Below, piece by piece: positions 30,007 through 42,270 of a stretch of 64,000 nucleotides of DNA. The notes beneath the pieces were generated by a model. It saw only the letters and a program-made list of their open reading frames with translations, did no database searches and was not told the origin of the DNA. The DNA lies in NCBI RefSeq assembly GCF_018977255.1, contig NW_024704743.1, forward strand, positions 101,186,001-101,250,000, in the 5' to 3' direction. The position numbers were made by a program, and so were the translations under genes. The stretch's first letter is position 1; each line of letters begins with the position of its first letter. The stretch comes from Callorhinchus milii. Taxonomy: Eukaryota.

Positions 30007-30710
30007 TGATTTCATAGGTTTTGAAAACCTTTTAAGGATTTTTTTAAATTTAATTTCATTTCAGTCGATTAATATAATTCTTGGACTGATAACAACAACA
30101 CCTGAAATCGTCTGAAATCCTAGTTCTTGTCATACACCAAACCATAGAAATAGCAATGTATGTTGTCGCTCTCGCTGCTCTGTAGGGTTGTTGTTGCTAA
30201 TATGAACCCAGTGGTGCTGAAGTAAAATCGAATTAAATGTAAGCCATAGAGACTTGTAATTTTTGACATATTGCAATGTTGGGAGATACCTGTTTTAGTT
30301 TGATATATTGCACTATGTGTCAAAGGGATTGTTTTGCAAAACCGGATAATTGTATCCTTTCATGATAACATTGAAGTATTATTATAAACTTTGAAAAGAG
30401 TTAAACTTTTTTATCAGTTTATTGTCACTCCACATAACGTCTTCCACTGTGCCGTTGTCTCATTGGGTCATGTTCAAACTTGCCTTTTGTTGGAGGCACT
30501 GCTTTTATGTACAGTAGTAGAATTTTGGACTGTCTGTCCTATGACAGCCCCAGACACTGGATTTTTTTTATACCTCTTTTGGACCACCAACAGTGGTATT
30601 CAACAGTAGCCATCTACCTGACAACTTGTCTGTTAAGTAAATTTGATTGTTCCTTTTTACTTATTAAACAGGCTTGTTGGTTTCCAATTGAAATTCGTTT
30701 TAAAAAAAAC

Positions 30711-31025
30711 CCTGTAGCTCAGTGGTTAGAGTACTCGCTTTGCAAGCGAGAGACCTGAGTTCAATTCCAGGCAGGGCGAAACCTTGGGCAAGTTTCCTTA
30801 CTCCACACACCTAATAATAATCCCTCCAAAAACCCAAAACAATAATAAATTGGTCATTTTCAATCTACGACTGTTTGTGGGACATTGCTGTGCGCAATTG
30901 GCTGCCGCGTTCGCCCACAAATATACAGTCAATTCACTTTACAGTGTGTTCTGTGAAGCGCTTTGGGACGTCCTCCCGACGTGAAAAGTGCTATATCAAA
31001 TGCAAGGATTATTATTATTATTATT
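30711..31025 (+). mobile_element. Young tRNA-Ala/Deu SINE copy
   Basis: Near-identical to 28082-28401, lacking the first ~7 nt. Confidence 0.9.
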
Positions 31026-32659
31026 CAGGTTTTCCAATTTTTGTCATGATTTCCCAGTTGAATTGTTTTTTCTCTCTCACACTTTATTGTTTTGAACTAT
31101 AAAAATGTCCAGCTTCCTGGTTGTAAGGTCGGCAGAGATGTCACTACACTATTTGTAGACAGTGCAGCTAATTTTAATCATTGTGGCATTAAGTGGTGTT
31201 ACTGCTATTTCTGTATTATAACTGAGGGGTTCCTTTTACAAAGATTTACTTGTTTTGAGGTTTGTGAAATGAATGTGAAAAACTAATTCTTAATGAAACA
31301 AACAAAGGTGCTGGTGTGCGATCTGAATTTGGTTTTACACAAGCCTTTATGCCCATTTTCTGGTTGCTGCACCCTAAAGTTATCCACTGGGAAATCTATT
31401 TCATAGTGTGATGTGTAAGCTACAGTGTTCCATTGCCTGAGGGAAGTACGTGAGTTCCCTCTGGGATTGAGCAACATCCAAGGAGACATCAGGCAAGTGT
31501 AGTAATCCTCGGCATTGCTGATTGTTGGCCAGGTTGTCTTGCTCATTGATTAGACTTGATGGTCCAATATGGTAGTTCAAGATGGACAATTAATATTAAT
31601 CCTGCCATTGTTCTGTACTCGTATCCATTTTATTTTTTTGTACAGGGAGACATATAAAGTTGGTACTTGGTAGAGGACATATTCCATTGTTAAAAATAGA
31701 TTAATTGAAAACCAAAAAGATCATTCAACTACCTTATCTTCCGTTTCTTGAGCTAAAGTCTAAAATGTTAGCAATCAAAACGTATGGGCTTCTCACATGG
31801 AGTCGTCCCCATATATTTACTTAGCAATATTTAGATCGAAAAGACTTGTACCTACTGAGGAAAGTTTCTCAGCAAATCAAATTTTAAGGCATAATTTTTT
31901 TATTTTATGTTAGTGATTTTATTATGGTAAATTATTAATATATTTAAATAATTGGGTGATGCTTGAAGTAATGGATTGCACCAGTTTTCACAAGTTTTCT
32001 GCAGTATCTAGTGAAAGAAATATTTTGCTGTAGTTTCAGTTTTAAATCTCTACCCATTTTGACAGAGTCCAATTTTAATTTACCTCTCTGGGATTGCAAA
32101 ATGATGGCGAAAGCATTCATAATACCAAATGGTTCATTTAAATTGTATAGTAAAAGGATTATTTTCCCATCCGTGAAAGACTGACTCTTTTTAAAAAATA
32201 ATTGTTCATTTACTTTTAGTAATTATCCAAATATGAACAGTAAACCAAATATCAAACTTTGATGTTAAAAGTATCTATTGTATTTTGCTTTGTTCCCTCA
32301 CTGTATTTATGAATTCTGTATCTTTAATTATAAACCGGTGAGCCTAGTTTATGCAGGCATTCATGTAGAGATTTCTAGCCATATTGAACTGGACAGTTTC
32401 AAGAAGTCAATCTTTTAATATTTCGGCAGAATGAAAAGTCTAGAGTTTGAATAGTTGTGCAGGGTAAGCTTCTGTTGCACCTTTGTATATCAAAGATAAA
32501 TTAATATAACTTAAAATGCCCTTTACACTATTAAAGATGTATTATGGATGAAAATATGTACTAATAGACATAGTTAAAACAAAAGTAAGATATTTATTAA
32601 CTTCTATAAATTTGAGTTCTTTCATTTTAATAGAATAATTAGGCTAGGTGCCAAATATT

Positions 32660-32979
32660 GTGGAGTCCTGTAGCTCAGTGGTTAGAGCAGTCGCTTTGCA
32701 AGCGAGAGACCTGAGTTCAATTCCAGGCGGGGCGAAACCTTGGGCAAGTTTCCTTACTCCACACACCTAATAATAATCCCTCCAAAACTAAAAACAATAA
32801 TTAAATTGGTCATTTTCAATCTACGACTGTTTGTGAGACATTGCTGTGCGCAATTGGCTGCCGCGTTCGCCCACAAATATGCAGTCAATTCACTTTACAG
32901 TGTGTTCTGTGAAGCGCTTTGGGACGTCCTCCAGACGTGAAAAGCGCTATATCAAATGCAAGGATTATTATATTATTAT
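32660..32979 (+). mobile_element. Young tRNA-Ala/Deu SINE copy
   Basis: Near-identical to 28082-28401; AAATAT on both flanks. Confidence 0.9.
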
Positions 32980-35900
32980 AAATATGGTTGATTCAATCAG
33001 GATAAAAAAAACCTGAGGCAACAAAGTCTGAAGCCTCTGAAGCCTTTTGGCAATCCTGACGTTTGGATCATCACAACTATGATGGAAGTGAACATAAATG
33101 TGTCAAATTTAGGACAGAGGACTCCAATATATTCAGGTGCTTCAACTTAATATGGGCTACTCCTACTTTATTGCTTGCACTAGGAATGGAATAAGAATTA
33201 TTCCTACCTGTAAAGCTATAAATCTGCCTGCGAAGTCATGTTTGTGTCAGAAATATTGGAACTTACTAAAAGTGGAACGTACCTTTTGCTTTGCACGTGA
33301 GAAAGCTTTTTGCATAAATTAGTAGTACACAATTGTAAATCGATAGTGGGATGCTCTACTGACTGACACAGTGTGCCAAATTAGTTGGCAGACACTAAAT
33401 GCAGAATTGATTAAACTAACTGATACTGTGCAAAATTGACATTGAAATCTAGAAATGGTGTTGACAAGCTTGCCAAGTGACTGATAAACTTTAATTTCCT
33501 TATATTAAGCAAAATAGCTGAAGTGCTTATCGCCATCTCCCCCACCTCTTTTCCACATCTTTAAATCTTATCAAGTCACAGTTGTGGTCATTCTAAGATA
33601 TTTTCAGGATGTCATTATTGGTAACATATATAGGTGCACAACTTGTAGGTATACTTGAGAGCTTGTCATTTGAAGTAATTTGGATGAGTCCCATTGTGGA
33701 TATGTAAACAATATGTGCGTTTAATCCCTAGTTCCAGGATTTATGCCTTTCTTATGGGATGAGTACTCTGGTTCTGTTACAGATTCTAGCCATGGTTACA
33801 GGAGGTGTTGGTTTCGGGTTATCGCCCACAATATATACAGTCAATTCACTTCACATTATATCCTGTGAAGTGATTTGAGACATCTCAGATGTGATAAGGC
33901 ATTATATGAAATGCAAGGATTATTATTGTTATTAGCGCAAGCTGTTAATGGTGCTGCACCACTTGAATTTGCAATAATCCAAACTGTTTGGGTATCAATT
34001 TGACGAGCTAGACCGTATGATTGTTATGCTTGTATCATATCACAACATACAGTAACACCTTGTTATAATCATCCTTGCATTTGCTATAGTGCTTTATCAC
34101 GTCTTCTAGACATCTCAAAACGCTTCACAGAATATACTGTAAAGTGAATTGACTGTATATTTTGCGAGTGAAACGTGCAGATGATGAAGAGTGACCTGAG
34201 TATTGTGTGCTGCTGTTAAATTTGACATCCCAAAGATTCAATCCAATTGTTGTATTCCCTGTGTGTGTCAGGGAAGTGGTATCACTCCAGAAAAGGTCTA
34301 CCTTCATGTTGGGTTTACAGGATAGCTCCAAAAAAAAATGTGCCATGTGTGACATTTTCATCAAAGCTGTAATTCCCTTTGCACCCATAGCCAGCTGCAC
34401 TGTATGCGTGGAATCTGGTTGTTGGCATAGTAATTATTTATGCATCATTTGTATTAGCTGACTTTTTTCTCTCTTCATGTGCATGGATTATATTGACTTC
34501 TACTATGAGTAAAGAATCATTTTTAATGAAATTTAAACTAAATAGCTTACTGCCAACAATAATTGTACTTTCTTTGCATTGCTGCATTGTGTTCTGATGT
34601 CATGTTAATTTCCCTATGGCATAAAGCACCAGAGCTGTTTTAAGTATTTAATATCTGTATATAGATTCATACTTCAAACTTGTAAATGTGGGAAGAGAAG
34701 GAGGGAAGGTCAGTGCGTTAGAAACTGACCTCTCGCCACAGGGATCTGGGTTTGAATCCAGACCAATTTGTGGCATAAAATTCTCCTTTGTCTATGTTAA
34801 CAATATGGGCATTCTCAATCCATTTTGTTGTAGGTATGCATTCACAGCATAGGTAGATAATTTCATGTAGAAGAGCCACAGGATGGCTGATACACAAAAT
34901 ATAACTGGTGTGTTTAGTGTATGCTCGTCTGAAATGTATTTTTAGTCAAGATAAGATGGAGGTTTGCTCTGAGAGTACTCTGAGAGTTCACTGGGTGCCC
35001 GTCCCAGGAATGTGTTAATTTTTCTCAGTTTTAATATCTTTCATGTTGATGAGCACAGAAAAACTTAATTTTTTTTTACATTTTTCTGGGATTAAGTGTT
35101 TTCCCCAGCTGATTTGGAATTTAGTCACTTGTTGGTTATAAGTACTAATCGCCTGTGAAATCTGAATGTGTTTTGCTAGTTCCTGTTGTTTATTCTCTAC
35201 TATTCTCAGAAAATTAGTATTGGGTGTATTGACACATGTTAATTTTCCATTTCCTTGGATGTAGAATTTGATTTCACTTACATTGCAAACAAACAATTCC
35301 CCGTTTTTAGTGTATGTGTTTGTAGGCGCGCAATGTATGGATTGAAGTTCTTTCTCTTTGTAAAAAATGTTTGTATAAATTTAATATCCGATTTTCCTAA
35401 TTTCCTCCCAAATTGTATGGGATGTGGTTCCGCTCTCTTGATGGGATGTGGTTCCGCTTGACTGTAGAGGGTGTCGCTAGACAAGTTGACTATAGAGGGC
35501 ATTGCAGCAAGCCTGACCTCTTTTCATTTGGCTGCCACATGCGTACAGCCAATAGAGGGTGTTGTGGAGAGACTTGATGCAGGAACTCTGGCTGGTGTTC
35601 CCCTCTCCAAGGCTGGGATCAATTTTATCTCTTTCAACGCCTCCCCCCACCACCACCATCCAGCCCTGGTTGAGACCAGCAAACTCAGCACGGATTGGGA
35701 TCCAAACAATTTGAGCAGCAGCTCTTCTTTACACCATCTGGGCTCCTGCGATGTTCCTTTTTTTCACCTTCCCTATCTTTTCCCATTCTGCCAATTTCAT
35801 GTTGGTACAATCATTATAAATGCTATTGATACACTCAAATCGTATTGCTTTCATAATAAAGAAATCTGGCCTCTGTGTAAATATAGTGGAAACATTTACT

Positions 35901-36794
35901 TAGCTTCTGTACAGTTATGGAAAACTTAAATTGATATTTTGTTAAACCATTATTAAATCTCGAGTAAGGCTACTGTTTTCACTGCTTGGAATTGTTCCCT
36001 GAATTTAAAGCTTTCTTCAGTTTCTCAGTAACTGTTCAACTTTTGTCACTCAGTAGCTGTAACTGCATTGCAGATGTCTGTGACAGTACATCTATGAAGG
36101 TGATAAAAGCATGTTCAAGGGTATCGCTGCAGAACCACTAACAGATGTATGGGAATACATTTTGTGTTGCTGTCTAAATTGCTGTAGCCTTTTTATTGCT
36201 TGGGTTACCCATTAGCTTAAAATAGTAAATCCATTATGACCTTCAATTCTTTAAGTGCTATGTATTATTTAGAAGGAAAATTATAAGTTTTTGATGCAAT
36301 TATCTCAATTTGATTTCATTCTGATGTAAAAATATGAATGTAGGTATATGTATTTTTTGAGTTTGAGGAAGGCTTATTAACTAAAACTTGTATGATCTGA
36401 AAAATACAACTTATTAAATTTAGTCTCTTTAGAGATGATCTGTCAGCATTTCATTGAGCCTATATAATTTTTTAAATCGATAATTGTTGTTGGATATTTT
36501 CTTTGAATATCTGGTGATATTCATTAGACAACACCCAAAATAGGGTCATAATTACTTGGATTGCTAGATTTACCCATCTTCATTGTATGTTTTTAATGGA
36601 AATCTTGTATATACAGGCACAATGAAAAGTTTTGCTATCTTTGAGATTCGCTTATAGACATTTAGACCAGGTTCAAATGTTATAATTTTGTTTAAGTAAA
36701 AAGTCCTTGAGCTGGAACTACATCAAACAATTTACTTTTAACCAAAATGTGAGGTTATTTGATAAAAGAGATGGATCTTAGTTATGTAATATGC

Positions 36795-36983
36795 AGAATC
36801 AGAAATTCTTGCACAGAAGGAGGTTGTTGGGACGATCTCCCGATGTGAAAGGCGCTTTACAAATGTTGTTGTTGTTATTGTTCGGCTTATTTAGCCTACG
36901 TTAGTTCTAATTCCTCCTCCGGAGTCATCTACTTTTCAAAGAGCCGGAACAGACATGATGGGCCGAATGGCCTCCTTCTGTGC
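36795..36983. mobile_element. Small composite of CR1 3' ends and an L2 tail
   Basis: + strand CR1 end GGGCCGAATGGCCTCCTTCTGTGCTG...TTCTATGATTCTA; short L2 tail with (TGT)n at ~36825-36880; reverse-oriented GCACAGAAGGAGG at ~36810. Confidence 0.6.
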
Positions 36984-37705
36984 TGCATAGTTCTATGATT
37001 CTACTCTTATTCACAATACTTTGCTTTTTCCCTGAATAATTTTATCTTGTTTCAAAGACTTATTCAACTCCTTTTTAATCATTTTAGTTACAGCTTCAAG
37101 GGTCATTTGTAGAAGTGTCTAAAATCCCTCTGCTTGGCGTGGGGGTGAGGGGGAGGAACCCTCTTCCAGAAATGATCCAGTATTTGTTTGTGAATGCAGT
37201 CAGATATGTTTGCGATCGCATTCCTTATACATTCTTATCTTTCAATCATTCTGTGTGTTGTCAAGGGAGATGACATTGCTATCTTCTTTCGGATTCTGGC
37301 CCTGCAGAAGCACTGTCAGGATTCATAGATTATGTACTTTGTTGGTGGTGATATGTAGCTTATAATGAGTGGACTTTAAAAACTTATAATATAGATGTCA
37401 GATTTAGACCATATTTCTTTAATGAGATACAACAGATTCTTTATACAACATACCAGTAATACAATCTTGTATCACTATTTTTAGTTACAATAACTACAGT
37501 TGCAATTTAGTATTGTGTATTATACAGTACTTTGTATTTTACTTTCGGTATTATCAGACATATAGACGATTATAGTGCTTAAAAAAAACAGTAAACTGGA
37601 AAATTCAAAACTACCTTACATATTCTAATACAATTGTTATCCCAGATTTCTAGAGTTGTAAATATATAAAGTACCAGTGATTATGAATGTTGATTCTGGT
37701 TGTGG

Positions 37706-37793
37706 TCAATGCATAGCTACAGCTGGTTGAAGGGGACCAAATCCATTGAAGAGTTGATTTGGTTCCATTTTACCAGCTTCAGCAAAGCATTGG
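37706..37793 (-). ncRNA. mir133a-1: pre-miR-133a hairpin (miR-133a-1 type)
   Basis: Minus strand carries the exact miR-133a-3p UUUGGUCCCCUUCAACCAGCUG (37741-37720) and 5p AGCUGGUAAAAUGGAACCAAAU (37778-37757); basal stem CAAUGC/GCAUUG; CNNC motif in 3' flank; antisense in the mib1 intron after exon 12, as in mammals. Confidence 0.97.
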
Positions 37794-38489
37794 ACTGCTA
37801 AGAAGTCAATTGAACGGGTGGGGACAAAAATGTCTTTGAGACAACACATGGGCTGCAGCTTATTTTGCCTTCTACATTTTTTACAAGTACTTACAAGATC
37901 TTTAATGGAAAATTCAAAATGCACATTTAGTTTAAAAACGTTTAAAATTCCAAATATCAAAGGATATTTCATTTTGGGGTGTTTACATTTGGATGTGCCT
38001 CTGGACCTGCTCTGGATCTATGATTTTTTCCTTTAATATTTCACCCACAAAACAGTCAGTGTATTCTGTGGAGTGCTTTGAAACGTCTCGAAGACGTGAT
38101 AAGGCACGATATCAAATGCAAGGATTATTATTAATATAATCAGTAACAAAACTGTTCTAAATATCTTGTCAAATATCACACAAGTATAACTGAGATGAGT
38201 CTATAACCTTTTTGCTATGTAATCAAAAGTTGAATGTTCCATATAATGATGTGCTGCAGTTTTTAAACAGTCTTTTCCTTGCTGGCTCGTTTATGTGTTG
38301 TGTTCATTTGACTGTTGAAATGATTTTAATGAATAAATAAAAGCATTACATGGGTCACAGTATCCTATTGATATGCTCATTCTGTTGGTAAATCACAGCT
38401 TTATGAAACATAAAATGTTTTAATCCAGTGTCTGTTACCTTGCTGTTGGTGCCAGTTGATTAAGGTGCTATGTAGCTGGGACTGTGGTA

Positions 38490-38760
38490 ACTGTGTCAGC
38501 TGTAAATTGATGCTATTTATATCTGTTGTGGTAGTGTTCTTTTACAGCTTGGACTTCTTTTGGTGCCTGTTTGGAGAGCAGTGTGCTTTCATGTAATTGC
38601 CATATCTGGGCATGAAGAAGTGTTGGAACGTGCAGTGTAGTACTTCATAATGTCAACATCTGTTCGCCATGTCAGTCAGACATCTGAAATCTTTGAGTTA
38701 CAATGGTGTCAGCAAATGCTCAGCCTTCTGTTTTATCAGTTGAATGAACAGCTGGTCAGA
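38490..38760. promoter_or_regulatory. Candidate intragenic muscle enhancer between miR-1 and miR-133a
   Basis: E-box CAGCTG 38497-38502 next to MEF2-like CTATTTATAT 38513-38522, CArG-like CCATATCTGG 38600-38609, two CATCTG boxes and CAGCTG 38749-38754. Confidence 0.4.
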
Positions 38761-41700
38761 TTGATGGATGTGACATTTTACGTACTGGGAAGTTGAATTT
38801 CATTGTTGAAATCCTATTAAAGAAGCATTTGGCCCATAAAGAAAACATCTACTGTCATTCACAAATCCATGATATTCCATATACAATTTCTGAAACCCAT
38901 TTTTAAAAAAGTGAATCTTTGTAGCTATATTTCAAGAAATTGGCATTGAGTTCAGAACCCTGGTCTTAACACTTTGAGAACTTGCATTCCTCAAAAATCA
39001 TTCCTTATAGTATTTGTAACTTGCAGTTTCTGAAACGTTTGTAATGGAGTAAAATGTTGCTTTTTTGCTTTGCAGCTTTTTGATCAAAATTTGAAATAAT
39101 TCAGGCTGCTCCTGCAGTCTTAACAGAGTTAACTACAGAAAATCTAAGTCACAATAATTCACTTGAACCTACAACCTTTTGACTGAGCCAAAAGTGCTAC
39201 CAACTGAGCTAGGCTGAACATGATTTAATTTAAGCAAACGTTTATTGGCTTCAGATTGGAAGCACAATATTTGTAAATTGATTACATTTATAAGTTGGAC
39301 TTTTGTTATCATGAAGCTTTATAGATGGTCTTGAGCAATTCAGCATTTTCAGCAAAGTTCCGATAAACAGCTAAAATTGATTTGCCATCAAGAGAATAAA
39401 ATCTGGGAGATATTTATAATTGAAGTCTATTCTTTGCTTCTAATTATTTTGCATATGTTCTGTTATGTTTCTTAAAAAAAACAGTTGCAGGAATTTCCGA
39501 ACCTTTATATTGTGCTAAAGTGTTTTCCTCCATTGTTTAGCATATTTAATTTAGCAGTTATTAAATTCCCACAGTTAATTCTCACTGTATACCTAAGTAG
39601 TGAAATAATATTGCTTTGTTTACTCAGGTTTTTTGACTAAACAAATGTGTTTATGCACTAAATGTTTAAGAGAAGCTAGCCAGCCAGTGATGGAAATCTT
39701 GTTTAACAATAGCTTCGTGCATTGCAGGCCTTATGTGTGATTACAGAGTTGTGTTCTGCAGGTCAGTATTGCAAGTATTAAGCAATCATTTGTTTTGGAA
39801 CTGTTTTTAAGGAACATAGTTTCGATTTCAGCATTTTGCTTTTTAGTTGGCTACTTTGTTGGTTTTAACATTTTATTCAAATGGGTCAGTTAAGAGAAAG
39901 GAACAGTTGTTATACACAATAGATGCTCTCGCCTTTTGTTTTTCATTTGTGAAGTTGTGAACAATCAAAATCATCTGGCTGGTAAACATGGCCCAGAAAA
40001 GTCTGCATTGTCGGTTCAAAAAAGGAGTGGGGAGGACAGAAGCACCTGAATTTGCATTTTTAGTTAATTGAGCTTCAAACAGTTTGAAATATTCAGCAAG
40101 GGTTAGTGTACGTTTGTCAGTGAATAGCTTTGAAAAACCTCAATAGGGTAGTATCATGAACAAGCTATATACTTTCTATTTGGTACAGCTGCTTGATTTG
40201 TTGTAAAACAAGCTATGTCTACTTTTGGAGCTGCATTACAATTATTCTTTCCGATGCATTTTGGGGGTGTTAATTAGAATTTATAAATTGTACTGCTTTT
40301 TAACCCCCGTGCAAATTGGTGCAATTCACAGTATAAATCTGGATTCCCTATGTTGCTTAACACCTGTAATCTTTTATACTTTGTGGAGCACAGTAGTTTG
40401 TGCTGCACTCAATCTTGAGGTGCTTTCAGCAAGACATCGAATTGCAGCACTGCAGTACAAATCTACCTGATTGAGTGGGTCTAGCATATGTGGTCTCTTC
40501 AAACTAATTACTTATCCAATGGACTGTCCCAAGAACTTTTAAGAGGCAGCCATTTACGATTATTACAATTATTTAATGTGAAAAGATTATAGGTGTTAAG
40601 CAATGTATTGAAGCACTGAGTGATGTACATGCACAGTTCTTTTCTCAACCCCTGGCAAGAGCAATTGGAAGGAAATGTAAATTTAACTTCCTGTTAATTG
40701 CTCTGCAAACCATAATGATCGCCTATAGCTGTATAAACTGGGAAATGCATTTTCGCCTTGAAAATAAAATTATGTTTTCTGCCTCAAAATGAGGAAAAAG
40801 TTGATGTAGAAGCCATTTCACTGTAAAGAAATGCAGCTTTAGCGATTTATCTATTGCCTTAATTAGACAATTAAGTAATTGTAATTTGAGATTTAACATG
40901 TAATGAAAATGTGAAAAATCTGAATTTTTTTGGACTTATTTACCATATTACCAAAGAACAGTGCTTGTTAATTTGGTGAATATCTTATAACTTGGCTACA
41001 ATTTTAATGAACTAAATTGATGCAGAATTTACGCAATTAACACAAAAGAGTAAAGGTTCCAGAACAATGGCTTTGCAAAGAGCTTTTCTCTGCTGTTTTG
41101 GAGCATTCAATCCATAGCATTCCTGAAAGCTGAACCAAAAGCTGTGAACAAATGTTACTGTTCCAACATTTCATGAAGCCAATATTGCATGCATTTTCAA
41201 AACATTCTAACCTGTTGAATGAACTACAGTCCCCCAGAACTGCTGTGACTTGCATTTTAAGAACTTCATGTCATTTCAAATTGATTTCAGTTAATGTTAA
41301 AGCCTGGGGTAGTGATTGCTTTTGAATACTACACTGCAGTCTCTTTAAAAATCTGGATGCATTTCATAGTATTTCAGTTATCTACAAGCTCTAGAAGAAT
41401 GCTGGAAGCTTTGTGTAAATGCACTCTGATCTTCATTATTCAGAATGAAAAAGAAGAGATGGGGGTCTAACAATCACTAGCAAAGATAACCAAGTTCTAA
41501 GGGTTTGGGCCCTCTGTTTCTACTTTGTTTGCCCTTCCCAACAACAAAATGATTTGATGGTTAAAGCACCAGTCAAATTACCCCAAAGATACTCGCATGT
41601 TCAGAATTCTCAGCTGTTATGAATGTTCAATATATAGTTTGAATCTTGTCTGTCAAATATGATGAGAATAGAACTGATGGAGTCTGTTGGTTCAAGCTCT

Positions 41701-42187
41701 CCTCTTCCCTGATTCATATTGTGCTAATTGTTCTCTGGGAATTTTGACCCTGAAATCACATTTGTGTTTAGTCATTGCAGAATCAAATCTCTGAGGTAGT
41801 GCTGTTTGTAATCTGTATGTTTTATTTAAAACGTAAGTTTATATTATTTAGAAATTGAGTTAAGGTACTTAATAGTAATTTTAACTACAGTGCTTAGATT
41901 TGGAGGTTTAAAATTGTTGGTTATTAAAAAGAGGCAGCTGCCATAAATGATAATCTTGTTGATTATAAATGGGCTACTAGGTTTGATAAAGGAGAAGGTT
42001 GTTCCTTTATTGTAAGCAGTGATTAGTAGTCTTATTCCTTGAAACAGTTTACTTGTATATGCTGAAAAGGTATGTGGAGCAAATTTGCCTCTGCAACAGC
42101 AGTGCTATAAACTGTTTTCCATTTTGTTGTACAGAAGTATGTTTTGGGCCACATTATATACCCCCGTGCTCTTCTTAGTTGTTCAAT

Positions 42188-42270
42188 ACCCACCAAAAAT
42201 ACATACTTCTTTACATTCCATAGCTGTTAAGTTCATATGGGTATATAAAGAAGTATGTGTTCCAGGCAGG
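42188..42270 (-). ncRNA. mir1-2: pre-miR-1 hairpin (miR-1-2 type)
   Basis: Minus strand carries the exact miR-1-3p UGGAAUGUAAAGAAGUAUGUAU (42220-42199) and 5p arm ACAUACUUCUUUAUAUACCCAUA (42258-42236); CAAC (CNNC) 18 nt after the 3p end; upstream of miR-133a on the same strand. Confidence 0.97.

Noticed and set aside
35417..35929. 152-aa ORF and adjacent 18-bp duplication (ATGGGATGTGGTTCCGCT x2)
   Set aside because: GTG start, no recognisable domain or splice signals; probably an unidentified repeat remnant; two copies do not make an array
37706..42270. miR-206/miR-133b identity
   Set aside because: Mature sequences are miR-1 (…AAAGAAGUAUGUAU) and miR-133a (…AGCUG), and the mib1 host intron fits the miR-1-2/133a-1 paralogue
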